From assembly GCA_963771275.1 (NCBI GenBank), contig CAVYSW010000010.1:320001-384000 (forward strand): a DNA stretch of 64,000 nucleotides, given 5' to 3'. The translations under genes and the position numbers were made by a program. The DNA is from an uncultured Gemmatimonadales bacterium (GTDB lineage: Bacteria; Gemmatimonadota; Gemmatimonadetes; Gemmatimonadales; GWC2-71-9). Shown piece after piece: positions 49,391 to 58,877 of this stretch. The notes under the pieces were generated by a model. The model was not told the DNA's origin, made no database searches, and was given only the letters and a program-made list of their open reading frames with translations. Within the stretch, counting starts at the first letter, position 1; every line of letters begins with the position of its first letter.

Positions 49391-50224
49391 ATGAAATACG
49401 ACGGGCTGGACCCGGAGGACCTCGCGCTGCGCACGCGGACGCCGGGCTTGGTCGTGCTGGCCGAGGTGACCAGCGCGCTCGATGTGCTGCATGGGCTGGC
49501 GGCCGAAGGCGCGCGCGCCGGGACCGCCGTGCTCGCGGCCGTGCAGACGCGCGGGCGCGGCCGCCAGGGCAGGAGCTGGCACAGCCCGGCGGGGCAGGGG
49601 ATCTGGCTCGCCTACCTGGTGCGGCCGCCCGCGCCGCTCGAGACCGGCGTGCTGGCACTCCGCGTGGGACTGGCAGTGGCGGCGACGCTCGAGCAGCTCG
49701 GCGCCCGGCCGCGGGTGAAGTGGCCCAACGACGTGCTGCTCGACGGGCGCAAGGTGGCCGGCATCCTGTGCGAGGCACGTGGCATGCCGGGCGAGCCGGG
49801 CTGGGTGGCTGTGGGGATTGGCATGAACGTGCATGGTCCCCTGCCCGCCGAGCTGGCACAGAGCGCGGTGGCGCTGGACGAGACCGTGCCGGTCACCCGC
49901 GTGACGGTGCTCGAGCGCCTGTTGCCGCTGCTCAACGGCCTCGCGCTCTCGTCCCGGCTGGATCCGGCCGAGCAGCGCGTGTATGCGGCGCTCGACTGGC
50001 TGCGCGGCCGACAGCTCCGCGCGCCCGCCGCCGGTGTGGCGCGCGGCATCGACGCCGACGGCGCGCTGCTGGTCGAGACCAGCGCGGGCCCGCGCCGAGT
50101 CGTGGCCGGGAGCGTCGAGCTCGAGAACGCAGAACGCAAACTGCAGAGTGACGTGGGAAACGGGAAGCGGGAAACGGGAAACGACCCCCGGGCCAGCCAC
50201 CCACCGCCAGCCACCAACCGCTAA
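49391..50224 (+). CDS. birA: Biotin--[acetyl-CoA carboxylase] ligase without an N-terminal HTH
   Basis: QTRGRGRQGRSW, KWPND and KVAGIL. Confidence 0.92.
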   Translation: MKYDGLDPEDLALRTRTPGLVVLAEVTSALDVLHGLAAEGARAGTAVLAAVQTRGRGRQGRSWHSPAGQGIWLAYLVRPPAPLETGVLALRVGLAVAATLEQLGARPRVKWPNDVLLDGRKVAGILCEARGMPGEPGWVAVGIGMNVHGPLPAELAQSAVALDETVPVTRVTVLERLLPLLNGLALSSRLDPAEQRVYAALDWLRGRQLRAPAAGVARGIDADGALLVETSAGPRRVVAGSVELENAERKLQSDVGNGKRETGNDPRASHPPPATNR

Positions 50225-50232
50225 CCGCTAAC
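50122..50232 (+). repeat. Composite heptamer runs (GCAGAAC, GGGAAAC, CCAGCCA/CTAACCG)
   Basis: cgagaac-gcagaac-gcaaact-gcag; gggaaac-gggaagc-gggaaac-gggaaac; ccaaccg-ctaaccg-ctaacg. Confidence 0.75.
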
Positions 50233-50276
50233 GCCTCACGGCTCGCGCGCGCTAGATTCGGTCGGACGGAGGTCGC

Positions 50277-51056
50277 ATGCTGCTGGCGCTCGATATCGGC
50301 AACACGGAGATCACCGTCGGGCTGTTCGACGGCGAGCGGCTCGAGGCCGACTGGCGGCTCACGACCGGTGCCGAGCGCACGCCCGACGAGTGGGCGGCGA
50401 TGCTCACCACCTACTTCTCGCAGTCGGGCCGCTCGACCCACGCCGTGAAGGCGGCGGTGGTCGCCTCGGTCGTGCCGACGGTGGCGGCCGATCTGAGCGG
50501 TGGGGTCCACCAGGCGTGCGGCGTGACGCCGGTCGAGGTCGGGCCGGCGAGCGCGCTGCCCCTCCGGCTCGACGTGGACGAGCCGCTCACGGTCGGCGCC
50601 GACCGCGTGGTCAACACGCTCGCCGCGCTCAGCCTCTACGCCCGGGACACGATCGTGGTGGACTTCGGAACCGCCACGACGTTCGACTGCATCACGGGGG
50701 ACGGCCGGTTCATCGGCGGCGTGATCGCACCCGGCATCCGCACGGCGGCCGACAACCTGATTCGCCGCACCGCGAAGCTCCCGGCCACGCCGCTCGCAGC
50801 GCCCAGCCGCGTGATCGGGCGCCGCACGGAGGAGTGCATCCAGGCGGGCGTGGTACTCGGCACCGCGGAAGCGGTGAGTGGGCTGCTGCGCCGGATCATG
50901 CGCGAGTGGCCGACCAGGCAGCGGCCGCACGTCGTGGCGACGGGCGGGCTGGCATCCCTGATCGCCCCGCTGGTCCCCGAGATCGAGGCGGTGGAGCCGC
51001 GGCTCACGCTGATCGGCCTCCGGATCGCGGCCGGTCACCTCGGCCTCGCGTGGTAG
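50277..51056 (+). CDS. coaX: Type III pantothenate kinase
   Basis: LDIGNT, GADR, DFGTATTFD and ATGG; GGAGG RBS. Confidence 0.96.
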   Translation: MLLALDIGNTEITVGLFDGERLEADWRLTTGAERTPDEWAAMLTTYFSQSGRSTHAVKAAVVASVVPTVAADLSGGVHQACGVTPVEVGPASALPLRLDVDEPLTVGADRVVNTLAALSLYARDTIVVDFGTATTFDCITGDGRFIGGVIAPGIRTAADNLIRRTAKLPATPLAAPSRVIGRRTEECIQAGVVLGTAEAVSGLLRRIMREWPTRQRPHVVATGGLASLIAPLVPEIEAVEPRLTLIGLRIAAGHLGLAW

Positions 51057-51138
51057 GCGCCGCTCCGTCCCCGCCGTACGTTCCTCGGTAGGTCCGCACG
51101 GCAGGTCTCTCGGACAGGTCTCGTTCCGGAGCCGCGTC

Positions 51139-53295
51139 ATGAACCATCGGGTGACCGCGATTCGGGCCATCGGGCCCCTCCTCGTCCTGGCCGTGCTCTG
51201 CGTGTCGTGCATGGCGGGCGGGCCGCGGCCGTCGACCGGTCGCGCCGCGCGCCACCCGCCGGGCCTGCTGTTCGGTGAGCCTCCCCCGCTGGACACGATC
51301 CGCAACGCGCTCGCCGCCGGCGACACGGCGTGGGCCGTGGCGCTGCTCACCGCCGCGACGCAGCCGGCCCGCGAGTTCGATGCGCGCATGCTCACGGATC
51401 TGCTCCTGCTGCAGTGGATCGGGCGGGCCCGGGGCCATGCGGACGCCCTCGAGCCGTGGCACGCCGCCGAGGGGACCGTTCTCAAGGCGATCGATCCTGC
51501 GCTCCGCAGCGACGCGGCGCGCCTCTTCCGCGCCGCCGTAGCGATCGAGCAAGGCACGGCGGTCGACAGCGCGATGCGGGAAGTCCTCGGCGTGCCTGGG
51601 GCGTGGTGGCGCCAAGTCCTCGCGGAGATGGCCGCGCGGGCAGGCGAGTCTGATCCCTTGCTCGCGGGTGCGGCGCGCTGGGTCCTCGTGCTGGACGACA
51701 TGCGGCAGGTGCGGAAGGCGGTGCCCACCGGCATCCCGACGCTGGACGCGCTGCCCCTGGAGTGCTGGACCGGCGGCATCACCCTGGGATGCACGGTGCG
51801 CGTTCCCCCGCCGCCGGGAGGCCAGCTGCGGGCCTTGCTCGGTCAGGATTCCAGCAACGCCCTGGCGGCCATCATGGCCGATCTGGACACCGCGCGGGCC
51901 GGCGTCTGGCCGTACGACGAGCTCGGTGCCCGCGTCCGGGTCGCCGTGGCGGCGATGATCGACGACCACGCCGCGCTCAGCGCCTTTGCCGAGGACACGG
52001 CGGGCCTCACGCCTCGCGCCGCGGCCGCCGTGCGCGTCATCGCGTTCGAGTTCGGAGGTCAGCGCGCGTGCGCGGCCCGGGAGATGGCCGCGCACCCCGA
52101 GTGGTACGCCGCGCTCGACGCCGACCGCGCGGCGCTGGGCGGGAGCCGGCTGACGCCGGCGCTGTTCTGGCGGCTGGCGTGGCCGCTCTACCTCGAGTCC
52201 TACAACGCGCGCCAGGTGGCGCACCGGGCGCGCCTCCTCCTCGCCGATGTGCTGCAGCACGGCGTGGCGGACACCGTCGGGGTGTTCGCCTTCTACGACG
52301 ATCGGGCCGCCTTGGTCCAGCGTGGGGTGCCGCTGGGCCTCGGGCTCGTGCGTCCGGGGGCACGCGGAACGGGCGGACGGCAGGTCGTGGTGAGCTACCT
52401 GTCGTCCGCGACCCACGAGACCGTGGTGCGCATGACTCTCGGGGCGGCGCCGGCCTCGCTCGATCTGGCACTCGCGGCGCGCGACGATATCGCGTTGCGG
52501 ACCTACTCCGGCTACGTCGCCGAGGACTACGATCGCCTCATCCCGTTCGAGCACCAGGTCGTGCAGTACGTGCGCGGTGGGCACCGCATCGTGGACGTCC
52601 ACGCCGAGCGGCCGACGTCCCTGCTGTGCCAGCATCCCGACCCCCAGGTCGGCTTTTTCTTGCTGGACAGCCGGCTTCAGGTGCTTCGCGAGGTGGCGGA
52701 CACCGCACCGCGGCGGCGGCGCTACCGGTTCCGCATGGTCCTGGCGCCCGGAGCCTATGTGTACTCGCTCGAGCTGCTCGACAAGCCGTGCCGGCTGGCC
52801 GCGCGCGCGCGCTACGTGTTGAGCGTCCCAAAGGTGGACTCGACCGGGCTGTCGGATCTCGTGCTCGCGGAGAACGTCTTTCTCGAGGAGCCCGCCCGGG
52901 TAAAGGGGGACCCGCCGGTCGTGGTGCGGCCGGGGCTTCGCGTTCCGGCCGGCTCGGTCAGCTTCTATTGGGAGGTCTATGGGCTGGTCGCACAAGCCGC
53001 GGAGCCCGGGCGGCTGGACGTGCATTTCGAGGTCTTGAACATCGCGCAGGACCGGGTCGGGCTGCGCCAGCTCACGCAGCTCGAGCTGGAAGCCCGACGC
53101 CGGAAGCCGCTGCTCGACTTGACGTACGCGACGGCGGTCCCCGCCGGGTCGGGGCCGATCGGGATCGGCCTCTCGGTGACGGTGCCGCCAGAGGCGCGCG
53201 GCGTGTACCTCGCGCGCGTGACGGTGCGGGATCGGAAGACGGGCTGGCAGGAGACCGCCGAGCGCGCCCTGTTCGTCGAGCCCCAGGGCGGTTGA
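51139..53295 (+). CDS. Large exported hypothetical protein with a degenerate GWxTD-like segment and Ig-like C-terminus
   Basis: Signal/lipobox-like LCVSC; FWRLAWP..YNARQVAHRAR..DDRAALVQRGVP; LSDLVLA..FYWEVYGL..VTVRDRKTG. Confidence 0.7.
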   Translation: MNHRVTAIRAIGPLLVLAVLCVSCMAGGPRPSTGRAARHPPGLLFGEPPPLDTIRNALAAGDTAWAVALLTAATQPAREFDARMLTDLLLLQWIGRARGHADALEPWHAAEGTVLKAIDPALRSDAARLFRAAVAIEQGTAVDSAMREVLGVPGAWWRQVLAEMAARAGESDPLLAGAARWVLVLDDMRQVRKAVPTGIPTLDALPLECWTGGITLGCTVRVPPPPGGQLRALLGQDSSNALAAIMADLDTARAGVWPYDELGARVRVAVAAMIDDHAALSAFAEDTAGLTPRAAAAVRVIAFEFGGQRACAAREMAAHPEWYAALDADRAALGGSRLTPALFWRLAWPLYLESYNARQVAHRARLLLADVLQHGVADTVGVFAFYDDRAALVQRGVPLGLGLVRPGARGTGGRQVVVSYLSSATHETVVRMTLGAAPASLDLALAARDDIALRTYSGYVAEDYDRLIPFEHQVVQYVRGGHRIVDVHAERPTSLLCQHPDPQVGFFLLDSRLQVLREVADTAPRRRRYRFRMVLAPGAYVYSLELLDKPCRLAARARYVLSVPKVDSTGLSDLVLAENVFLEEPARVKGDPPVVVRPGLRVPAGSVSFYWEVYGLVAQAAEPGRLDVHFEVLNIAQDRVGLRQLTQLELEARRRKPLLDLTYATAVPAGSGPIGIGLSVTVPPEARGVYLARVTVRDRKTGWQETAERALFVEPQGG

Positions 53296-53347
53296 ACTGC
53301 CCGGTGGCCACCGCTAGCTTCAACCCGCCTCTCCGGAGCACGCGCGC

Positions 53348-53965
53348 ATGACAGCAGCCGCCCAGCCCGCATCCGCCGACCGGTCCGACGTCCGGACCAT
53401 TCTGGTCGCGGGCATCCAGCTCGGCATCCTGACCACGATCGGCGTCGTAGCGTTCGTGCTGCTGTCGCGCGCGCTCGCCGGGACGACGGCGACGGTCGTG
53501 CAGGCGGGGCTGATTCTCGCGGGCGGCGTGGTGTGCGCCTTCGGACCGGCCCGCGCGATCCGGCCACGCTCGGTCGACGGCATCGCCTGGGCGTCCCTGG
53601 TGGGCCTCCTCGGCGCGCTCTCGTTCTCCGTGCTCGACGTCGCTGTGCTGCGTCCGGTGCACCTCTATTCGTGGACCTGGGACGCGATCGGCGGCGGCAG
53701 CGGGTTCTGGTATCTCCCGGTCTGGTGGATGGGATCCGCCGTGCTCGCGTGGCTCGGCTCCTGGGTGGTGGCGCTCGCGGCGCGCACCGGGCGCGAGCCC
53801 AGCCCGCTCGTCAGCGGCCTGCTGACCGCCGGACTTGCCGTCGTGCTGCTCGCCGCGGCCGGCGGCACCGGGCTCATGGCGTTCGGGGGACCCGCGGCGG
53901 CGCTCGCCTTTGCCGTCGCCCTCGCGCTCCACGTTGCGATCGCGGCGGCCGTGCATCGCCGGTGA
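53348..53965 (+). CDS. Integral membrane hypothetical protein
   Basis: About six hydrophobic helices; WTWDAIGGGSGFWYLPVWWM segment; GGAG upstream. Confidence 0.8.
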   Translation: MTAAAQPASADRSDVRTILVAGIQLGILTTIGVVAFVLLSRALAGTTATVVQAGLILAGGVVCAFGPARAIRPRSVDGIAWASLVGLLGALSFSVLDVAVLRPVHLYSWTWDAIGGGSGFWYLPVWWMGSAVLAWLGSWVVALAARTGREPSPLVSGLLTAGLAVVLLAAAGGTGLMAFGGPAAALAFAVALALHVAIAAAVHRR

Positions 53966-54222
53966 CCGGCCGGGCGTCGCGCGTCGTCACGCTGCTCGGC
54001 TGGCTGCTCACGCCGTTCGTGGTGTGGGCAGCTTCGTTTTGCGGTGGCTGGCTGGGGGCGCTGGTCGGGCGCCGCGTGTCGGGGCCGTTCGGCGGGGTCG
54101 CGTGGCTGGTACTCGGCGCGGCACTGGGGGGAGTCACCGCCATGATCGTCTGGATCCGTCGCCTGCGGCGCCGCGCCGGCCCCGCGGCCCCGGACGGCGC
54201 GGCACCCACGAAGGAGGTGTGA
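53962..54222 (+). CDS. Small two-TM hypothetical protein
   Basis: GTGA overlap with the upstream stop; two hydrophobic helices. Confidence 0.65.
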   Translation: MTGRASRVVTLLGWLLTPFVVWAASFCGGWLGALVGRRVSGPFGGVAWLVLGAALGGVTAMIVWIRRLRRRAGPAAPDGAAPTKEV

Positions 54223-54229
54223 GGGCACG

Positions 54230-55579
54230 ATGACCCCGAGACCGGCGGCGGTCCATGTGGCGCGGGAGTCCGCCACGCGCCTCGCGCGCGCGTTCCAGGA
54301 GTTCGTCGCGCTCGAGGCAGTGGGGGGCATTCTGCTGCTGGTCGCCACGGCCGTTGCGCTGGCGTGGGCCAACTCGCCGTGGGCGGCATCGTACCACGAC
54401 TTGTGGGCGACGCCGGTCACGCTCGGCGCCGGCGGCTTCGCGCTCGCCAAGCCGCTCGAGCTGTGGGTCAACGACGGGCTGATGGCGGTGTTCTTCTTTG
54501 TCGTCGGGCTCGAGATCAAGCGCGAGCTGCTCGTGGGTGAGCTGGCGTCGCCCAAGCGGGCGGCACTCCCCGCCGTGGCCGCGCTGGGCGGCATGCTCGT
54601 GCCAGCCGCGATCTTCCTGGCATTCAACCTCGACGGGCCCGGCGGGCGCGGCTGGGGCGTCCCGATGGCCACGGACATCGCGTTTGCGGTCGGTGTGCTG
54701 GCGCTGCTCGGCGACCGCGTGCCGCTGTCGCTCAAGGTGTTTCTCACGGCGCTCGCGATCGTGGACGACTTGGGCGCGGTGTTGGTGATCGCGCTGTTCT
54801 ACACGGCCGAGCTGTCACGCACCGCGCTGGCCGTGGGCGGCGGCATCTTCCTGCTCATGGTGCTCGCCAACCGGCTCCGGGTCCGCAACGCGGGCGTATA
54901 CGCGGTGCTCGGCTTCGCCTTGTGGGTGGCGCTGCTCAAGTCGGGCGTCCACGCCACGATCGCGGGCGTGCTAGCGGCCGTGACGATTCCCTCCACGGCG
55001 CGGATCAACATCGGCCAATTCCGGGCTCGGAGCCGCGCGTTGCTCGATCGGTTCGAGGGGCTGGACGCGGACCCCGCCGAGCACCGCATCTCGGGGGAGC
55101 AGCAGGAGGTCGTGTTCGGACTCGCGGCGGTGGTGCACCATGTCGAGACGCCGTTACAGCGGCTCGAGCACGCGCTCCACCCGTGGGTCAGTTTCGTCAT
55201 CATGCCGGTGTTCGCCCTTGCCAACGCCGGCCTGGTGCTGAGCGGCGACCTGAGGGGTGCCCTGGGGCATCCGGTGACGATCGGCGTGGCGGCGGGGCTG
55301 GTGGTGGGGAAGCTCGTGGGCGTCGCGGGCTTCACCTGGATCGCCGTGGGGACGGGCATTGCCGAGCGGCCCCAGGGCGCTACGTGGCGACAGATCCTGG
55401 GCGTCGCCCAGCTCGCGGGGATCGGCTTCACGATGTCGTTGTTCATTGCGGCGCTGGCGTTCGGGCGGTCGCCGCTGCTCGACAACGCCAAGATGGGGAT
55501 CCTCGGCGCGTCGGTCGCCTCCGGGGTGATTGGGGCGATGGTGCTGAGGAGAGGGAAACGGGGAACGAGGGAAACGTGA
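54230..55579 (+). CDS. nhaA: Na+/H+ antiporter NhaA
   Basis: NDGLMAVFFFVVGLEIKRE, ATDIAF, AIVDD and GIGFTMSLFI. Confidence 0.96.
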   Translation: MTPRPAAVHVARESATRLARAFQEFVALEAVGGILLLVATAVALAWANSPWAASYHDLWATPVTLGAGGFALAKPLELWVNDGLMAVFFFVVGLEIKRELLVGELASPKRAALPAVAALGGMLVPAAIFLAFNLDGPGGRGWGVPMATDIAFAVGVLALLGDRVPLSLKVFLTALAIVDDLGAVLVIALFYTAELSRTALAVGGGIFLLMVLANRLRVRNAGVYAVLGFALWVALLKSGVHATIAGVLAAVTIPSTARINIGQFRARSRALLDRFEGLDADPAEHRISGEQQEVVFGLAAVVHHVETPLQRLEHALHPWVSFVIMPVFALANAGLVLSGDLRGALGHPVTIGVAAGLVVGKLVGVAGFTWIAVGTGIAERPQGATWRQILGVAQLAGIGFTMSLFIAALAFGRSPLLDNAKMGILGASVASGVIGAMVLRRGKRGTRET

Positions 55580-55611
55580 GAAGTGAAAGGTGAAGAGTAA
55601 GAAGCAAGAAC
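55546..55611 (+). repeat. Purine-rich heptamer runs at the nhaA 3' end
   Basis: gggaaacg-gggaacga-gggaaac; gtgagaa-gtgaaag-gtgaaga-gtaagaa-gcaagaa. Confidence 0.65.
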
Positions 55612-55613
55612 AA

Positions 55614-55877
55614 CTACTTCCCGGTCCAGAACGGGAACTCAATCTGATAGCACACGCCGTCGAGGTCCGCGGCCCGTTCCTCGAAGAACGTGCGAGCGTC
55701 GGCGATTGCCTGGTTGTAGATCGTGGGGCCGAGCTCTTCGAGGAAATAGCCGAGCAACAGAACAGCCTTGAGCTCGCCAATCTCCTGCTCCAGGTGTTCG
55801 GCGCAGTAGCGTTTGATCGAGGCGACCGCGTGCTTCCGCGCCTCGTCGGGCATGGTGATGGCCGGTTTGCCGCGCAT
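55614..55877 (-). CDS. DUF2164-like small protein
   Basis: SIKRY..EIGELKA.LLL.YFLEELGPTIYNQAIADA pattern. Confidence 0.8.
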   Translation of the reverse strand: MRGKPAITMPDEARKHAVASIKRYCAEHLEQEIGELKAVLLLGYFLEELGPTIYNQAIADARTFFEERAADLDGVCYQIEFPFWTGK

Positions 55878-55888
55878 GGGTGTTCCGC

Positions 55889-56059
55889 CTACTGGTACTT
55901 GATCGCGTAGTAGATCACGTAGAGCCAGGACAGCACGCCGTGGATGATGGCCCACAGGATCGACTTGTTGGCGCTCCACGAGATGGTGATAGCGAGGGCG
56001 GAGCCGAACCCGACCCCGACCTTCGCGGCGCTGCCCGAGCGTGATGCGGTGTCCGTCAT
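55889..56059 (-). CDS. Small membrane protein (56 aa)
   Basis: GFGSALAITISWSANKSILWAIIHGVLSWLYVIYY; GGAGGG RBS. Confidence 0.8.
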   Translation of the reverse strand: MTDTASRSGSAAKVGVGFGSALAITISWSANKSILWAIIHGVLSWLYVIYYAIKYQ

Positions 56060-56442
56060 GGTGGCGACCCTCCGGAATCTGGGCTGGGCCATGTTCACGC
56101 GCGCGATGGCGGCAGGATCCCAACGGGACCTGGCCTTTCGCCGGCCGCGGGCTCTCGATCTCAAGTTACGGAGTCGGTCCCCCCCCACAATAGGTGGCAG
56201 GCAGTCGGGATTGCAGGCGCTCGCCGGGCATGGCTACGCAGAACGGTGGGCGCCGTCGCGACCGCTCCGGAGAGTATGTTCGTGTTGGGCAGGCGAGTCG
56301 CCCGCAGGGTAGCCGCAAGCCGTGAGGTGCCCGGACAGGGGGAGAATGATGTTGATGTGCCGCGGGCATTGCGCCCGCAGCTCAAGCCGGGACCGTCCGC
56401 CGGCCGGACGAGCACGACCTTAGCGCCACTCGGGATCCAGCT

Positions 56443-56805
56443 ATGCCGCGGGATCGCAAGATGCTGAGCCGCGAGTACAAGAACACCCCGCGGACGATGG
56501 GGATCGGCCTCGTTCGGAATACTGCGAACGGCAAGATCCTCCTCCTGGCGGGCCGGGACATTCCCGCTCTGCTCAACCGACATCGGGCACAACTGCGTCT
56601 TGGGGTGCACCGCAACCTGGAGCTGCAGCAAGACTGGAAGGCTCTGGGCGAGGAGGGGTTCGCCTTCGAGGTCGTGGACACGCTCTCTCCGAAGGACACG
56701 CCGGGCCACGACCCAGTCGAGGACCTACGTGCGCTTGAACAACTGTGGCTGGAGAAACTCACGCCCTTCGAGCCGGCGGGCTATCACCCGCTCCCGAAAT
56801 CATGA
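56443..56805 (+). CDS. GIY-YIG-like small protein (motif degenerate)
   Basis: MGIGLVRNTANGK..NRHRAQL..HRNLELQQDW..G...F.FEV. Confidence 0.75.
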   Translation: MPRDRKMLSREYKNTPRTMGIGLVRNTANGKILLLAGRDIPALLNRHRAQLRLGVHRNLELQQDWKALGEEGFAFEVVDTLSPKDTPGHDPVEDLRALEQLWLEKLTPFEPAGYHPLPKS

Positions 56806-57068
56806 GGAACACGGCGCAGTGCCGAATGCCACAGGATGACGTTCAACGCAGCCAGTCGCTTGGTGCTTGACGGCGAGGAGCCAACGCTCCCCGACGGTCG
56901 GGCGGGTCGTGCGAGGCGTCGGCGCGGCGCGACCATCCCGGCCGCCGCGACTGGCGGAGTGCTGACCCGTCCTGCAGGTTCCGGTGGCTGTGATTGACAT
57001 GCGGTGTTGCCGGCGAGCCGTCGCCGGCGCAGACGCGCCAACCCGTCAGGCCGTATGAAGGAGGACCC

Positions 57069-57329
57069 ATGGGCGCCCTGTCGTGGATTATCCTCGGTCT
57101 CGTGGTCGGAGCCCTCGCGAAGTGGATCATGCCCGGCCGCGACCCGGGAGGCGTAATCATCACCATCCTCTTGGGAATCGGGGGAGCCTTCGTGGGTGGC
57201 TTCATCGGGTCGCTGCTTGGACTCGGTAGCGTCACCGGCTTCAACCTGGGGAGCCTGGTTCTCGCCATTGCAGGAGCGCTCCTGCTGCTCTGGGGGTATC
57301 GGAAGATGCGCGGCGGCGCTTCCGGCTGA
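57069..57329 (+). CDS. GlsB/YeaQ/YmgE (transglycosylase-associated) membrane protein
   Basis: WIILGLVVGALAKWIMPG..LGIGGAFVGG; GGAGGA RBS. Confidence 0.92.
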   Translation: MGALSWIILGLVVGALAKWIMPGRDPGGVIITILLGIGGAFVGGFIGSLLGLGSVTGFNLGSLVLAIAGALLLLWGYRKMRGGASG

Positions 57330-57462
57330 ACTCGGCGCCGCGTGCGCCCTGATGCGCGCCTCCATCGCAGATGGACCGCACGGGGACTTCGCGCTGACGC
57401 CGATCAAAGGCGGGGTGAGACACGGATGAGGGAGATGCGGCTACGCCGCCACCCCTAGCCCC

Positions 57463-58065
57463 GTGGTGATCGACCTGCCCACTACGGGCAGCCTCGTCGA
57501 GGCCGCGCTGGCCGTGTGCGCCGGCATCGCGCTCGCCGCGTCTGCGGGACTGCGGATATTCGTGCCGCTGCTGGCCACGAGTGCCGCGGCGCATTTCGGA
57601 GGACTCGAGCTGGCGCCCGGCGCGGCCTGGCTTGGTACCACGCCGGCGCTCGCCGCGCTCGGCGTCGCGGCCGCGCTCGAGGTCGGGGCCTACCTCGTCC
57701 CGGCGCTCGACCACGCGCTCGATACGATCGCGACGCCGCTTGCCGTCCTCGCCGGGATCGTCCTGAGCGCGGCCCTGTTCACGGACATGCCCGGCTACCT
57801 GCGCTGGACGCTGGCAATCATCGCGGGCGGCGGCAGCGCGGGTCTCGTACAGGGCGCCACCGCCGTGCTGCGGCTCAAGACCGGCCTGATCACAGGCGGC
57901 GTGGGCAACCCGCTGGTCGCGCTCGCCGAGTTGGCCGGCGCGCTGGTACTGGCCCTGCTCGCGCTGCTGGCACCGCTGCTGGCCGTGGTGCTGGCAGCGG
58001 CCCTCCTGCTCGCTGCCCTCCGGACGGCGAAGCGCCTGGTGTTTGGCCGCCGAGCCGCGGGATGA
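57463..58065 (+). CDS. DUF4126-like membrane protein
   Basis: GIALAASAGLRIFVP, DHALDTIATP and TGGVGNP. Confidence 0.82.
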   Translation: MVIDLPTTGSLVEAALAVCAGIALAASAGLRIFVPLLATSAAAHFGGLELAPGAAWLGTTPALAALGVAAALEVGAYLVPALDHALDTIATPLAVLAGIVLSAALFTDMPGYLRWTLAIIAGGGSAGLVQGATAVLRLKTGLITGGVGNPLVALAELAGALVLALLALLAPLLAVVLAAALLLAALRTAKRLVFGRRAAG

Positions 58066-58177
58066 GCCTGCGATGGAGCGCCCGCAGCTGGGTGACTTGC
58101 AGCGCTCGATCGACGACTCACGCTCCGGCCTCGCGAACGCTACCTTCGGAGAAGCCGATCGGAGCGGTCCAAGGGGG

Positions 58178-58449
58178 ATGCCTCTGATCATCCAGCTGGC
58201 CAGCGGTGCCGTGGGTGGAAATGGTGCTGGTTCTCTGATGAAGAAATCCTCCCTGGGCACCCTCGGCAACTCGATTGCGGGCATCGTCGGTGACGGCCTT
58301 GGCGGTCAGTTGCTTGGTATGTTGGGCGTCGCCACGGGTAGGGGGGCCTGGATATTGGCAGCACCGTCGGGAGTATCGCCGGTGGTGGTGTGGGCGGTGG
58401 CGTCTTGATGTCGATCATTGGGGCGATCAAGAAAGCAATCGCCAAGTAG
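58178..58449 (+). pseudogene. Gly-rich small membrane protein frameshifted at a G6 run (58341-58346)
   Basis: MPLIIQLASGAVGGN..LGMLGVATG continues in another frame as LDIGSTVGSIAGGGVGGGVLMSIIGAIKKAIAK*. Confidence 0.72.
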
Positions 58450-58595
58450 AAGCACCGATTGACGCCGGCTGACAGCCGGTAACCGCGGACGGCGCTTGCG
58501 CCGTCGCCGAACCGGCCGCGGTACGGCCAAGGGGTCGTTGCGGTGGACGGGGGATGGAGGATCGTCCCCATTTACCTCTGGGACTGGAGCCAGCT

Positions 58596-58799
58596 ATGTC
58601 CGTAGCCAAGGTCACTGAGATTCAAGCATCCTCGCCGAAGAGCTTCGATGACGCGATCCGGACTGGCATCGCCCGAGCCGAGAAGACGCTTCGCAACCTC
58701 TCCGGGGCGTGGATCAAGAGCCAGAAGGTCGTGATCGAGAAGGGGAAGGTCGTCGAGTACCGGGTGTTGCTGAAGGTCACGTTCCTCTTGCAGGATTAG
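58596..58799 (+). CDS. Dodecin family protein
   Basis: MSVAKVTEIQASSPKSFDDAI..EYRVLLKVTF; GGAG RBS. Confidence 0.92.
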   Translation: MSVAKVTEIQASSPKSFDDAIRTGIARAEKTLRNLSGAWIKSQKVVIEKGKVVEYRVLLKVTFLLQD

Positions 58800-58877
58800 C
58801 AGTCGCGGTCCTGGACCGGCCGTGCGGCCTGACCCGCGCTCCGTGCCCGTGTCGTTCGGCGTAGCGGCGAGCCGTCA

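Noticed and set aside
49335..50232. Short repeats as a CRISPR array
   Set aside because: Units are 7-9 bp with no spacers, and no cas genes are present
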